This document shows, in pieces, positions 15,363-23,709 of a stretch of 32,000 bases of DNA. Numbering within the stretch: the first letter of the stretch is position 1; the number at the start of each line of letters is the position of its first letter. The DNA comes from Trichlorobacter lovleyi SZ (GTDB lineage: Bacteria; Desulfobacterota; Desulfuromonadia; Geobacterales; Pseudopelobacteraceae), in NCBI RefSeq assembly GCF_000020385.1, contig NC_010814.1:3240001-3272000 (forward strand), in the 5' to 3' direction. The position numbers and the translations under genes were made by a program. Under the pieces are notes generated by a model that was not told where the DNA came from, did not search any database, and was given only the letters and a program-made list of their open reading frames with translations.

Positions 15363-15388
15363 GAAGGGCAGCCAATTGGCTGCCCTTC
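15363..15388 (-). terminator. Terminator hairpin downstream of dapL
   Basis: GAAGGGCAGCC-aatt-GGCTGCCCTTC, an 11-bp stem located 6 nt after the dapL stop. Confidence 0.6.
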
Positions 15389-15394
15389 CTCATT

Positions 15395-16627
15395 CTACTT
15401 CAAATTCTTCTTTATACGCTCCACCGCTTCAATCACGTTTTCCCTGTGACCGAAGGCTGAGAGCCGGAAGAACCCTTCGCCGCTGGGGCCAAAGCCGGAG
15501 CCGGGGGTGCCGACCACGTTACATTCATTCAGCAGCTTGTCAAAGAAGTCCCAGCTGCTCATACCACCCGGGGTCTTGAGCCAGATGTAGGGGGCATCCA
15601 CTCCGCCGTAGCAGGTGACGCCAACCTCTTTCAGGCCTTCACGGATGATCCGGGCGTTTTCCATGTAGTAATCGATAATTTCTTTAGTCTGCTTCCATCC
15701 CTCTTCGCTGTACACCGCCGCAGCAGCACGCTGGACCGGGTAGGAGGCGCCGTTGAACTTGGTGGTGGTGCGGCGCAGCCAGAGCTTGTTGAAGCTGTAC
15801 TTCTCTCCGCTGGCAGTGGTGCCCATCACCTCTTCCGGTACAACTACCAGACCGCAACGCACGCCGGTAAAACCAGCAGTCTTGGAGAAGGAGCGAAACT
15901 CGATGGCGCACTTTTTGGCCCCTTCAATCTCATAGATCGAGTGGGGGATCTCAGGGTTGGTGATAAAGGCCTCATAGGCAGCATCAAAGAAGATGATGGC
16001 GTCGTTGGCATTGGCATAATCAATCCACTTCTTCAGCTCGGCCTTGCTGGCCACGGTGCCGGTGGGGTTGTTGGGGAAGCAAAGATAGATGATGTCCACC
16101 TTCTGAGTCGGCAGTGAGGGGATGAAGTTGTTGGCCTCGTTGCAGGGCAGGTAGACGATGTTCTGGTAGTAGCCCTTCTCATCGGCCTCGCCGGTGCGGC
16201 CGATCATGACGTTGGTGTCGTTATAGACCGGGTAGACCGGGTCGCCGATGGCAACCACGTTGTCCAGTGCAAAGATATCCAGGATGTTGGCGCAGTCGCA
16301 CTTGGAGCCGTCAGAGATGAACATCTCTTCAGTCTTGAGATCAACCCCCAGTGGCTTGTAGGATTTCTCGATAATGGCATTGATCAACCAGTCATAGCCC
16401 TGCTCCGGGCCGTAGCCTGCAAACTGGTCGGTGGTGGCCAGATCATCCACTGCGGCATGAAACGCCTTCAGTACAGTCGGTGCCAGGGGGCGAGTTACGT
16501 CACCAATCCCTAGGCGGATAACCTTTGCACTTGGGTTGGCAGCGGTAAACTCACGTACACGACGGCCGATTTCAGGAAACAGGTAGCCAGCCTTCAACTT
16601 GAGGTAATTATCATTAATTTTTGCCAT
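15395..16627 (-). CDS. dapL: LL-diaminopimelate aminotransferase (DapL), 410 aa
   Basis: Start re-set to ATG 16627, with GGAGGA upstream. [46 protein letters not shown] (PLP lysine) is typical of DapL. Confidence 0.9.
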
Positions 16628-16721
16628 TACGGAACATCCTCCACTTGTGTTTTTATAAAGGAAATGCCGCATGGAGCGGCAAACAACTTGTCAATCATTC
16701 TAAACATATCAAACACAACAA

Positions 16722-16910
16722 TTAATGAGACCTACAACCTTTAAAATTACAACCGCTAACAGCACTTTGTTTTGGGCGGGCACAACCGAAATAGAGCTCT
16801 TTAGTTGTTCTAGAGCGCCTAGCAACCACTACTGGAAAACCACATAGAGGACAAGGCCCTGTTTTCTCTCCATGCTCTGTTGGCCTTTCCATAGGATCCT
16901 TTTCACACAT
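16722..16910 (-). CDS. Small zinc-ribbon protein, topoisomerase-type C4 finger-like (62 aa, or 56 aa from the second ATG)
   Basis: ..CPLCGFPVVVARRSRTTKELYFGCARPKQSAVSGCNFKG.. resembles the zf-C4_Topoisom pattern CPxCG..L..R..F.GC....C.F. G+C is about 45% by hand count. Confidence 0.45.
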   Translation of the reverse strand: MCEKDPMERPTEHGEKTGPCPLCGFPVVVARRSRTTKELYFGCARPKQSAVSGCNFKGCRSH

Positions 16911-16920
16911 GGTAAAAACC

Positions 16921-17220
16921 TTATGATTTTGCCACTAAATCACTAATCAAGTTATAGAAAAACACCACAACTCCGAATCCAACAATCAAGAGCATAGCAC
17001 CAACAAAAATCATGGAAATCAATGAGATAGCTGTACCAGCCTTATTAAAAAAGGCCAACAACCGAGGAAATTTTGAAGATATAAAGCCAACTATATAGCG
17101 ACGTAAAATATAAACAACAGCTATAAAACCACCAGCAACAGCGAGAATTTCAATAAGTTGCTCAGGCTTCTTTGATATTAGCCTCATAGCAGACAATAAA
17201 ATATGCTCAATCATTGACAT
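16921..17220 (-). CDS. Small membrane protein (99 aa), unknown function
   Basis: Two long hydrophobic segments, LIEILAVAGGFIAVVYIL and AISLISMIFVGAMLLIVGFGVVVFFYNLI. G+C is about 35% by hand count (104 of 300). It starts 16 nt after the dapB stop. Confidence 0.5.
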   Translation of the reverse strand: MSMIEHILLSAMRLISKKPEQLIEILAVAGGFIAVVYILRRYIVGFISSKFPRLLAFFNKAGTAISLISMIFVGAMLLIVGFGVVVFFYNLISDLVAKS

Positions 17221-17236
17221 TCTCTCGCTTAATCTT

Positions 17237-18037
17237 CTACTTCAGTCCCAGCACATCCTGCATATCGTACAGCCCCGGCTGCTTGCCCACAATCCACTTG
17301 GCTGCGCGGACAGAGCCACGGGAAAACATATCGCGGCTCATGGCACGGTGGGAGATCTCGATCCGCTCACCCATGCCGATGAAGTAGACGGTATGCTCAC
17401 CCACGATGTCGCCACCCCGCACGGTCTGCATGCCGATCTCTTCCTTGGTCCGCTCGCCGCAGATCCCTTCGCGGTGATAGTTGGCCACCTGATTGTAGTC
17501 GCGGCCCAGCGCCTCAGCCACCACCTCGCCCATCCGCACGGCAGTGCCGCTGGGGGAGTCTTTCTTCTTGTTGTGGTGCAGTTCAACGATCTCCACATCA
17601 AAGTCATCGCCCAGGGTCTTGGCCAGATCCTTGAGCATCTTGAAGCAGACATTGACACCAACGGACATGTTGGGGGCCAGCACCGCCGGAATATCCTTGG
17701 CCAGTTCAGCAGCCAGGGCACGTTCTTCCGGGGTGAAACCGGTGGAGCCGATCACGATTGACTTCTTCTTCAGACCGCAGACCTCCAGGTTCTTGAGCGA
17801 GATCTTGGGGGTGGTGAAATCGATCAGGACATCACATCCCTCAACCACAGCGTTCAGATCGTCGGAGATGGCAACACCCAGCTGACCGCAACCGGCAATC
17901 AGACCGGCGTCCTGACCAATCTGGGGATGACCGGGACGCTCCAGGGCACCGGAGATGATGCAGCCTGCTTCAACCGCGGCAACGATAATTCTCTGTCCCA
18001 TGCGGCCGGCGGCGCCGCAGACGGCAATCTTGATCAT
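17237..18037 (-). CDS. dapB: 4-hydroxy-tetrahydrodipicolinate reductase
   Basis: MIKIAVCGAAGRMGQ.. (the NAD(P)-binding GxxGxxG), ..ELHHNKKKDSPSGTA.. and ..VRGGDIVGEHTV.. are canonical DapB blocks. Confidence 0.95.
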   Translation of the reverse strand: MIKIAVCGAAGRMGQRIIVAAVEAGCIISGALERPGHPQIGQDAGLIAGCGQLGVAISDDLNAVVEGCDVLIDFTTPKISLKNLEVCGLKKKSIVIGSTGFTPEERALAAELAKDIPAVLAPNMSVGVNVCFKMLKDLAKTLGDDFDVEIVELHHNKKKDSPSGTAVRMGEVVAEALGRDYNQVANYHREGICGERTKEEIGMQTVRGGDIVGEHTVYFIGMGERIEISHRAMSRDMFSRGSVRAAKWIVGKQPGLYDMQDVLGLK

Positions 18038-18054
18038 ACTAAACCTCTTTACTC

Positions 18055-18184
18055 ACCACAGAGGGCGCGAAGGAACACAGAGGAAATCAAAAACAGTTTC
18101 TTTAAGCTCTTGGGGAAAACATACAAAAACAATCTTTGTATTGGATTCTTTTTGGTCTCCGGTTCTCTCTGCGTCCTCTGCGGT
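18055..18184. repeat. Imperfect ~130-bp palindromic element filling the dapA-dapB spacer
   Basis: The core arms are 18055..18078 (ACCACAGAGGGCGCGAAGGAACAC) and 18161..18184 (reverse complement ACCGCAGAGGACGCAGAGAGAACC), with 16 of 24 identical. Arm similarity extends to 18093 and 18149. The AT-rich centre contains a hairpin ATACAAA-N7-TTTGTAT at 18121..18141. Confidence 0.6.
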
Positions 18185-18193
18185 AAAATAGAA

Positions 18194-19066
18194 TTAAATC
18201 AGCTTGTACTCTTTCATAATGGCTTCCAGCTTCGCCTTATTGGCCGCGCTCATCGGAGCCAGCGGCAGGCGGACCTCATCGGAGCACTTGCCCATCAGCG
18301 CCAGGGCGGTCTTGACCGGCACCGGGTTGCTCTCAATAAACATGGCATTGCTGATCTTGAGCGTATCCAGATGCAGCTGACGGGCCTTTTCCAGATCACC
18401 GGCGTAGAAAGCATCGGTCAGATCGCCAATCGCCTTGGGCATGATGTTGGCAGTGACCGAGATGACCCCCTTGGCGCCGCAGGCCATCATCGGGAAGGTG
18501 ATGAAGTCGTCACCGGAAAAGACATCAATCTGATCGCCGCAGAGGGCCATGACTTCAGAGGCCTGCTGCAATGAGCCGGTGGCCTCTTTGATGGCAACGA
18601 TATTCTTGTGCCCGGCCAGGCGTGCCACCGTCTCCGGCAGCAGGTTGACACCGGTGCGGCCCGGCACGTTGTACAGAATCTGCGGGATCTCAACGGCATC
18701 GGCAATGGCGGTATAGTGAAGATACAGCCCTTCCTGGGTCGGCTTGTTGTAGTAGGGGGTTACCAGCAGCACCCCGGCCACACCGATCTCTTTGGCCTCG
18801 CGGGTCAGATGGATAGCCTCGGCAGTTGAGTTGGAACCGGTACCTGCGATGACCGGTACGCGCCCTTTGGCCTGGTCAAATACGATCTTGATGACGTTCA
18901 GATGTTCTTCATTATCCAGAGTGGACGATTCACCGGTTGTCCCGCAGGCCACGATGGCATCGGTACCGTTCTCGATCTGAAAATCCACCAATTCACGCAG
19001 CTTCTTCTCGTCAACCGCACCGTTATTGAATGGGGTTACGATAGCTACAATGCTTCCCTTGAACAT
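18194..19066 (-). CDS. dapA: 4-hydroxy-tetrahydrodipicolinate synthase
   Basis: ..GSIVAIVTPF..IVACGTTGES..LLVTPYYNKP..YNVPGRTG..AIKEATG.. are canonical DapA blocks. GGGGAGG RBS. Confidence 0.95.
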   Translation of the reverse strand: MFKGSIVAIVTPFNNGAVDEKKLRELVDFQIENGTDAIVACGTTGESSTLDNEEHLNVIKIVFDQAKGRVPVIAGTGSNSTAEAIHLTREAKEIGVAGVLLVTPYYNKPTQEGLYLHYTAIADAVEIPQILYNVPGRTGVNLLPETVARLAGHKNIVAIKEATGSLQQASEVMALCGDQIDVFSGDDFITFPMMACGAKGVISVTANIMPKAIGDLTDAFYAGDLEKARQLHLDTLKISNAMFIESNPVPVKTALALMGKCSDEVRLPLAPMSAANKAKLEAIMKEYKLI

Positions 19067-19128
19067 GACTGCCTCCCCTGACGTAAATAGAAAACCAAGC
19101 TACTGACATTATTTCAGTATATTCAAAA

Positions 19129-19623
19129 TCACGCAAAATCATTGTTTCGTTTGCTTATCAGCTGGCAAGCCAGCTGATAACAGGCCTCCACATGCTGATT
19201 ACCGATATAGCGCATTATACTGATGCTGATGGCGGCGGCAGTCGCCTGCCCCACCAGCGGCACAAAACGAGCCACACTTTTGATCCCCACCCGCGCCCCC
19301 ATTTTAGTCACCAGTGAGGTTACCAGACTGGTGGTAACCGCCTTGCCAATCAAGCGGGAACCCAGGCGTTTGGCCAGATCAAAGGCCATAATCTTCAGTT
19401 CCGAGCTCAGCTCTTCCACCTGTTCCGGTGAAAGGCCGAAACGGGCATTGATCCGGGGCAGCAACTGCATCAGCATCCCCACATCCGCCACCAGATCGCT
19501 ACCGGGCAACGGCACCAGTACCGCAGCCCCGGAAACCAGTGCTCGCCTGGTGACCATCGCGCGACAGTCGTTACGGGCCTGATTAATTTCATCCAGCGTG
19601 GCTACGGCCAGGTCAAGGCTCAT
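19129..19623 (-). CDS. DUF697-like protein (164 aa)
   Basis: Start re-set to ATG 19623, with GAGGAAG upstream. ..GAAVLVPLPGSDLVADVGMLMQLLPRINARFGL.. resembles the DUF697/YcjF-type core. The assignment is tentative. Confidence 0.55.
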   Translation of the reverse strand: MSLDLAVATLDEINQARNDCRAMVTRRALVSGAAVLVPLPGSDLVADVGMLMQLLPRINARFGLSPEQVEELSSELKIMAFDLAKRLGSRLIGKAVTTSLVTSLVTKMGARVGIKSVARFVPLVGQATAAAISISIMRYIGNQHVEACYQLACQLISKRNNDFA

Positions 19624-19784
19624 GCCCTTCCTCACAGACTGATTACAGAAACGAGGTGCTCCACCCATGTACCGCTGCAGATTCGCCTGACAGCGAACCA
19701 AAAACAGCCTTAACATCAGCTAATACGTTGAAAACGGTACTATATAGAAAAAGTGGAATTTTTTAACACAGCCCCCGTCAAAAG

Positions 19785-20813
19785 TCAAAACGTGTTTATA
19801 CGGTTGATAAAGGCGATCAACAGACCGTAATGAAAGTGATTGAAGGGGAAGCTGATCCGGGGCAGCAGCGCCAGCTCCGGCTCATCATCCTCAACCAGCA
19901 GCGGCTCACAACTGACGATCCGGCCGCCCGGCAGGATCAGCTCGGGGAACTCCTGCTCCAGCATGTCGAGCTGCTCAGGCAGCAGCTCCCTGGTAAGGCG
20001 CACAATGATCCGGTCGTCATAAAAACGGATGGAGTGATAGTTTTTGTAAAATGTCTCGATGACCGCGGCAGCCTCGCGTTCATCCTTGGTAATGGTGAAG
20101 ATCGAAAAATCCTCGCCGGAGATCAGCCCCTTGGCCAGCAGCTGTTCCTTGACAAACTCAAAGAACTGTTCCCAGAAACCATCTTCATCATCCACCAGCA
20201 CCAGCGGCTTGGGAGAGGTCTTGCCGGTCTGCACCAGGGTAAAGACCTCCATCGCCTCATCCAGGGTACCGAAGCCGCCGGGAAAAACCGCCACCGCATC
20301 GGCCTCTTTCACAAAGGCCACCTTACGATTGAAGAAATATTTGTAGGTGACCAGCCGGGGATTGTTGTGCATGACCGGGTTGGCACTCTGCTCAAACGGC
20401 AGCTTGATGTTGACGGCAAAGGAGTTCTCGCTGCCGGCTCCCTCGTTGCCGGCCTGCATGATACCGGGACCGCCGCCGGTAATGGTCATCCAGCCCTGTT
20501 CCGCCAGCAGGCGGCTGAAGCGGATGCAGGTCTGGTAGATCGGCTCGTCAGGCCGGGTACGGGCAGAACCGAAAATGGTGACCTTTTTACGCTCACGGTA
20601 GGGACCAAAGACCCGGGTGGTGTAACGCATCTCCCGCAGGGTGCGGTTGATCAGCTTCAGGTCCGGCATGTAACTGGTTTCCTGACCGATTTTGAGCGAG
20701 GAAATAATCAGCTCCCGCACCAGATGCGGGTGTACCACCCCGCCTGCTGCGCTGATCAGCCGGTCAAGCAGCCGGTCAACCTCTTCGTTCGTATGGGAAA
20801 AACTTAACTCCAT
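19785..20813 (-). CDS. LOG-family / TIGR00730 Rossmann-fold nucleotide 5'-monophosphate nucleosidase-like protein, long form (342 aa)
   Basis: KKVTIFGSAR.., ITGGGPGIMQAGNEGA and the PGGFGTLDE motif are present. It has N- and C-terminal extensions relative to minimal LOG proteins. Confidence 0.85.
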   Translation of the reverse strand: MELSFSHTNEEVDRLLDRLISAAGGVVHPHLVRELIISSLKIGQETSYMPDLKLINRTLREMRYTTRVFGPYRERKKVTIFGSARTRPDEPIYQTCIRFSRLLAEQGWMTITGGGPGIMQAGNEGAGSENSFAVNIKLPFEQSANPVMHNNPRLVTYKYFFNRKVAFVKEADAVAVFPGGFGTLDEAMEVFTLVQTGKTSPKPLVLVDDEDGFWEQFFEFVKEQLLAKGLISGEDFSIFTITKDEREAAAVIETFYKNYHSIRFYDDRIIVRLTRELLPEQLDMLEQEFPELILPGGRIVSCEPLLVEDDEPELALLPRISFPFNHFHYGLLIAFINRINTF

Positions 20814-20907
20814 AGCACCCCCGGCATGGCGTTCAAACCGTGCAAATAGTCGCGTACCCTAGCACAGTTACAGCTAACTGTAAACCGCCGGCCTCGGGAA
20901 TCACAGC

Positions 20908-20937
20908 TTGATTTTATCTGAAGCGCTAGTGTAGTAT
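20908..20937 (+). promoter_or_regulatory. Candidate sigma70 promoter for the PpiD-like gene
   Basis: TTGATT-N18-TAGTAT, located 51 nt upstream of ATG 20988. Confidence 0.35.
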
Positions 20938-20987
20938 GCAACCTCTTTTGACAACCATTTATCGATACAGACAAGGAGTCCCGCACC

Positions 20988-22583
20988 ATGCTTGACGTCA
21001 TACGTAAAAAGAAGGAATCGGTCGTCATCAAGGCCGTTTTCGTGATCATTGTGTTGTCATTTATCGGCACCATTTTCCTGGTCTGGGGCAAGGGTGACGA
21101 AGGGATGGGCAGGAGCGCCGGCTATGCCGCCAAGGTTGACCGCACCACCATCTCGCTTGAGGCCTACCAGAACGCCTACCAGAACATGGCTGAAACCTAC
21201 CGCCAGATCTTTGGCGCCAACTTCACCCCGGAGTTGGAAAAACAACTCAACCTTCGCCAACAGGCCATTGACCGCCTGATTGACAGCACCCTGATCATAA
21301 AAGCCGCCAAGAGCCAGGGGGTATCAGTCAGCAAGGAAGAAATCTCCGCTGCCATCGCCGGCATGTCGGCCTTCCAGCAGAACGGCAGCTTTGATTTCGG
21401 GCTCTACCAGCAGATGCTGAAAGCGAACCGGATCACCCCGGATGCCTTTGAAGAATCCAAAAAGCGTGAACTGCTGATTGAAAAGACCCGCAAGGCTGTG
21501 ATGGACAAGGTCGTGATCAGCGATGACGAGGCCTTGAAGCAGTTCCACAAGGAACAGGACAAGCTGGAGTTGAGCTACGCTTCATTCAGTGCTGCCGATG
21601 TCAGTGCCGAAGTAAAACTTGGCGACGCCGACCTGCAGGACTACCTGACCAAAAACGCCGAGAAGTTCAAGAGCCCGGAGAAAATTGCCCTGTCCTGGTT
21701 CGTGCTGGAAAACAGCGGCCAAAGCCATGTGCAGGCGGTAACGGCTGAAGAGCAGGAGAGCTTCTACCGCAAAAACATGGATCGCTATGTTGACAAGGAC
21801 AATGCCCCGCTCCCCTATGAGCAGGTAAAAGAGCGGGTCAAGGCCGATGCACAGCGCCAGAAAGCAGCCAAGGCCCTCTATGAAAAGGCTGCCGACACCC
21901 TGTTCCAGAACATCAAGTCCGGCGACCTTGGCTTGGTGGCAGCCAAGCTGGGCGCAAAAACCCAGGACACCCCGCTTTTCAGTGCAAACGCAGCTCCGGC
22001 CGCTCTGGCCGGTGAGACTGCCCTGCTGAAAAAGGCCTTTGAGTTGAAGCAAGGCGAGCTGGGCGGCCCGGTGGAGACAGCAAAAGGGATTTACATCTTC
22101 AAGGTCAAGGAGAAGAAGGCTGCCGAACTGCCCCCCCTGGCCCAGGTCCGCACCACGGTCGAACAGCAACTGCGCGCCCTGAAGGCAGCGGAGCTGGCAA
22201 AGCAGAAGGCGGTTGAGGCGCAGAAACAGCTGGCAGGCAACGGCGCCGGGCTGAAGCTGCAGGCGACCCCGGCCTTCGGCTACAATTCCAAAGGTGATCT
22301 GCCCGGCATCGGCAACTCAAAACCGTTGATGGAGAAGGTCTTTGAATTGACAACAGCCGGCGCAACACCGTCTGAACCGATGCTGGTGGGCAATCGCTGG
22401 TATGCGGTACGGCTGAAGCAACGCAACGCTGCTCCCCAGGCGGACTTTGCTCCCCGCAAGGATGAAGTCAAACGGCAGCTTCTGCCGGCAAAACAGGAAG
22501 AGGCGCTGCGTGCCTGGCTGAAGGAGCTGCGCAGCAAGGCCAAGATCGTGTACAATCCGGCACTTACCGCCGCTAATCAGTAA
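20988..22583 (+). CDS. PpiD-like periplasmic chaperone (SurA-N domain protein with a degenerate parvulin region), 531 aa
   Basis: The N-terminus MLDVIRKKKESVVIKAVFVIIVLSFIGTIFLVWG (cytoplasmic tail plus one TM) and ..AAKVDRTTISLEAYQNAYQN..LRQQAIDRLIDSTLI.. are collinear with E. coli PpiD. AAGGAG RBS. Confidence 0.8.
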   Translation: MLDVIRKKKESVVIKAVFVIIVLSFIGTIFLVWGKGDEGMGRSAGYAAKVDRTTISLEAYQNAYQNMAETYRQIFGANFTPELEKQLNLRQQAIDRLIDSTLIIKAAKSQGVSVSKEEISAAIAGMSAFQQNGSFDFGLYQQMLKANRITPDAFEESKKRELLIEKTRKAVMDKVVISDDEALKQFHKEQDKLELSYASFSAADVSAEVKLGDADLQDYLTKNAEKFKSPEKIALSWFVLENSGQSHVQAVTAEEQESFYRKNMDRYVDKDNAPLPYEQVKERVKADAQRQKAAKALYEKAADTLFQNIKSGDLGLVAAKLGAKTQDTPLFSANAAPAALAGETALLKKAFELKQGELGGPVETAKGIYIFKVKEKKAAELPPLAQVRTTVEQQLRALKAAELAKQKAVEAQKQLAGNGAGLKLQATPAFGYNSKGDLPGIGNSKPLMEKVFELTTAGATPSEPMLVGNRWYAVRLKQRNAAPQADFAPRKDEVKRQLLPAKQEEALRAWLKELRSKAKIVYNPALTAANQ

Positions 22584-22607
22584 CGTTGAAAACAAAGGAG
22601 AGCTGAC

Positions 22608-23498
22608 ATGTCCCAGCCTGTTAAACAAACCGATTTCCCCGGCCTGAAACTGGTCAACCGCGGCAAGGTACGGGATATTTACGACCTGGGTGATGCCCTG
22701 CTGATGGTCACATCGGACCGGATCTCGGCCTTTGACGTGATCATGAACGAGCCGATCCCGGACAAGGGCAAGGTACTGACCCAGATTTCAAAATTCTGGT
22801 TCAGCCAGATGGAGGATATCATCCCGAACCACATCATCTCCACCGATGTGGCTGACTACCCGGCTGCCTGCCAGCCGTACGCCGAGGTGCTGGCCGGACG
22901 TTCCATGCTGGTCAAGAAGGCTGAGCCGCTGGCAGCCGAGTGTATCGTACGGGGCTATGTCTCCGGTTCCGGCTGGAAGGATTACAAGGCCACCGGTTCC
23001 ATCTGCGGCATCAAACTGCCTGAAGGCCTGAAGGAATCCGACCGCCTGGCTGAGCCGATCTTCACCCCCTCCACCAAGGCCGAACTGGGAACCCATGATG
23101 AGAACATCAGCTTTGACGAGATGGTCAAGGTATGCGGCAAAGAACTGGCCGAGCAGGCCCGCGAGGCGACCATCAGGATCTACTGCCGTGCCCGGGAGAT
23201 TGCCGACCAGAAGGGAATCATCATTGCCGACACCAAGTTTGAATTTGGCGTCTATGAAGGCAAGCTGATCATCATCGACGAATGCCTGACCCCCGACTCC
23301 AGCCGTTTCTGGCCCAAGGATCAGTACCAGCCGGGCGGTCCTCAGCCCAGCTTTGACAAGCAGTTCCTGCGGGATTACCTGGAAACCCTGGATTGGGGCA
23401 AGACCGCACCGGCACCGCCGCTACCGGAGGAAATCGTGACCAAGACCGGCGAAAAGTACAAGGAAGCACTGTTTAAACTGGCGGGCATAACCGTCTAA
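22608..23498 (+). CDS. purC: Phosphoribosylaminoimidazole-succinocarboxamide (SAICAR) synthase
   Basis: ..[60 protein letters not shown].. are long-form PurC blocks. AAGGAGAG RBS. Confidence 0.95.
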   Translation: MSQPVKQTDFPGLKLVNRGKVRDIYDLGDALLMVTSDRISAFDVIMNEPIPDKGKVLTQISKFWFSQMEDIIPNHIISTDVADYPAACQPYAEVLAGRSMLVKKAEPLAAECIVRGYVSGSGWKDYKATGSICGIKLPEGLKESDRLAEPIFTPSTKAELGTHDENISFDEMVKVCGKELAEQAREATIRIYCRAREIADQKGIIIADTKFEFGVYEGKLIIIDECLTPDSSRFWPKDQYQPGGPQPSFDKQFLRDYLETLDWGKTAPAPPLPEEIVTKTGEKYKEALFKLAGITV

Positions 23499-23525
23499 AA
23501 AAGCAGTTTCCGGAGCAATGAGACA

Positions 23526-23559
23526 AGGGGGTGACTGCCAATCACCCCCTCTTTTTTTA
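23526..23559 (+). terminator. Rho-independent terminator of purC
   Basis: AGGGGGTGA-ctgccaa-TCACCCCCT followed by CTTTTTTT. Confidence 0.75.
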
Positions 23560-23681
23560 ATGAAACGAAAAGTATTACTACCCCGGCTACACTCCCCGCA
23601 AAACCTGCCGCCATCACGCCTTGACACATTTAATCAATCGTTTAACTAATTGAAATAACTAAATTATTAAATAATTATAAG

Positions 23682-23709
23682 TTGACACGCCCTCAAAAAG
23701 GTCGATAAA
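23682..23709 (+). promoter_or_regulatory. Candidate sigma70 promoter for the cytochrome gene, implying a leader of about 210 nt
   Basis: TTGACA-N16-GATAAA inside a very AT-rich stretch. A second TTGACAC lies at 23621 but has a poorer -10. Confidence 0.3.

Noticed and set aside
19830-20807. 325-aa plus-strand ORF covering almost the entire LOG-family gene
   Set aside because: It is a shadow ORF antisense to a gene with unmistakable family motifs (GGGPGIM, PGGFGTLDE). Its translation is low-complexity and Arg/Gly/Leu/Gln-rich, with no recognisable motif, as expected from the reverse frame of a G+C-rich gene.
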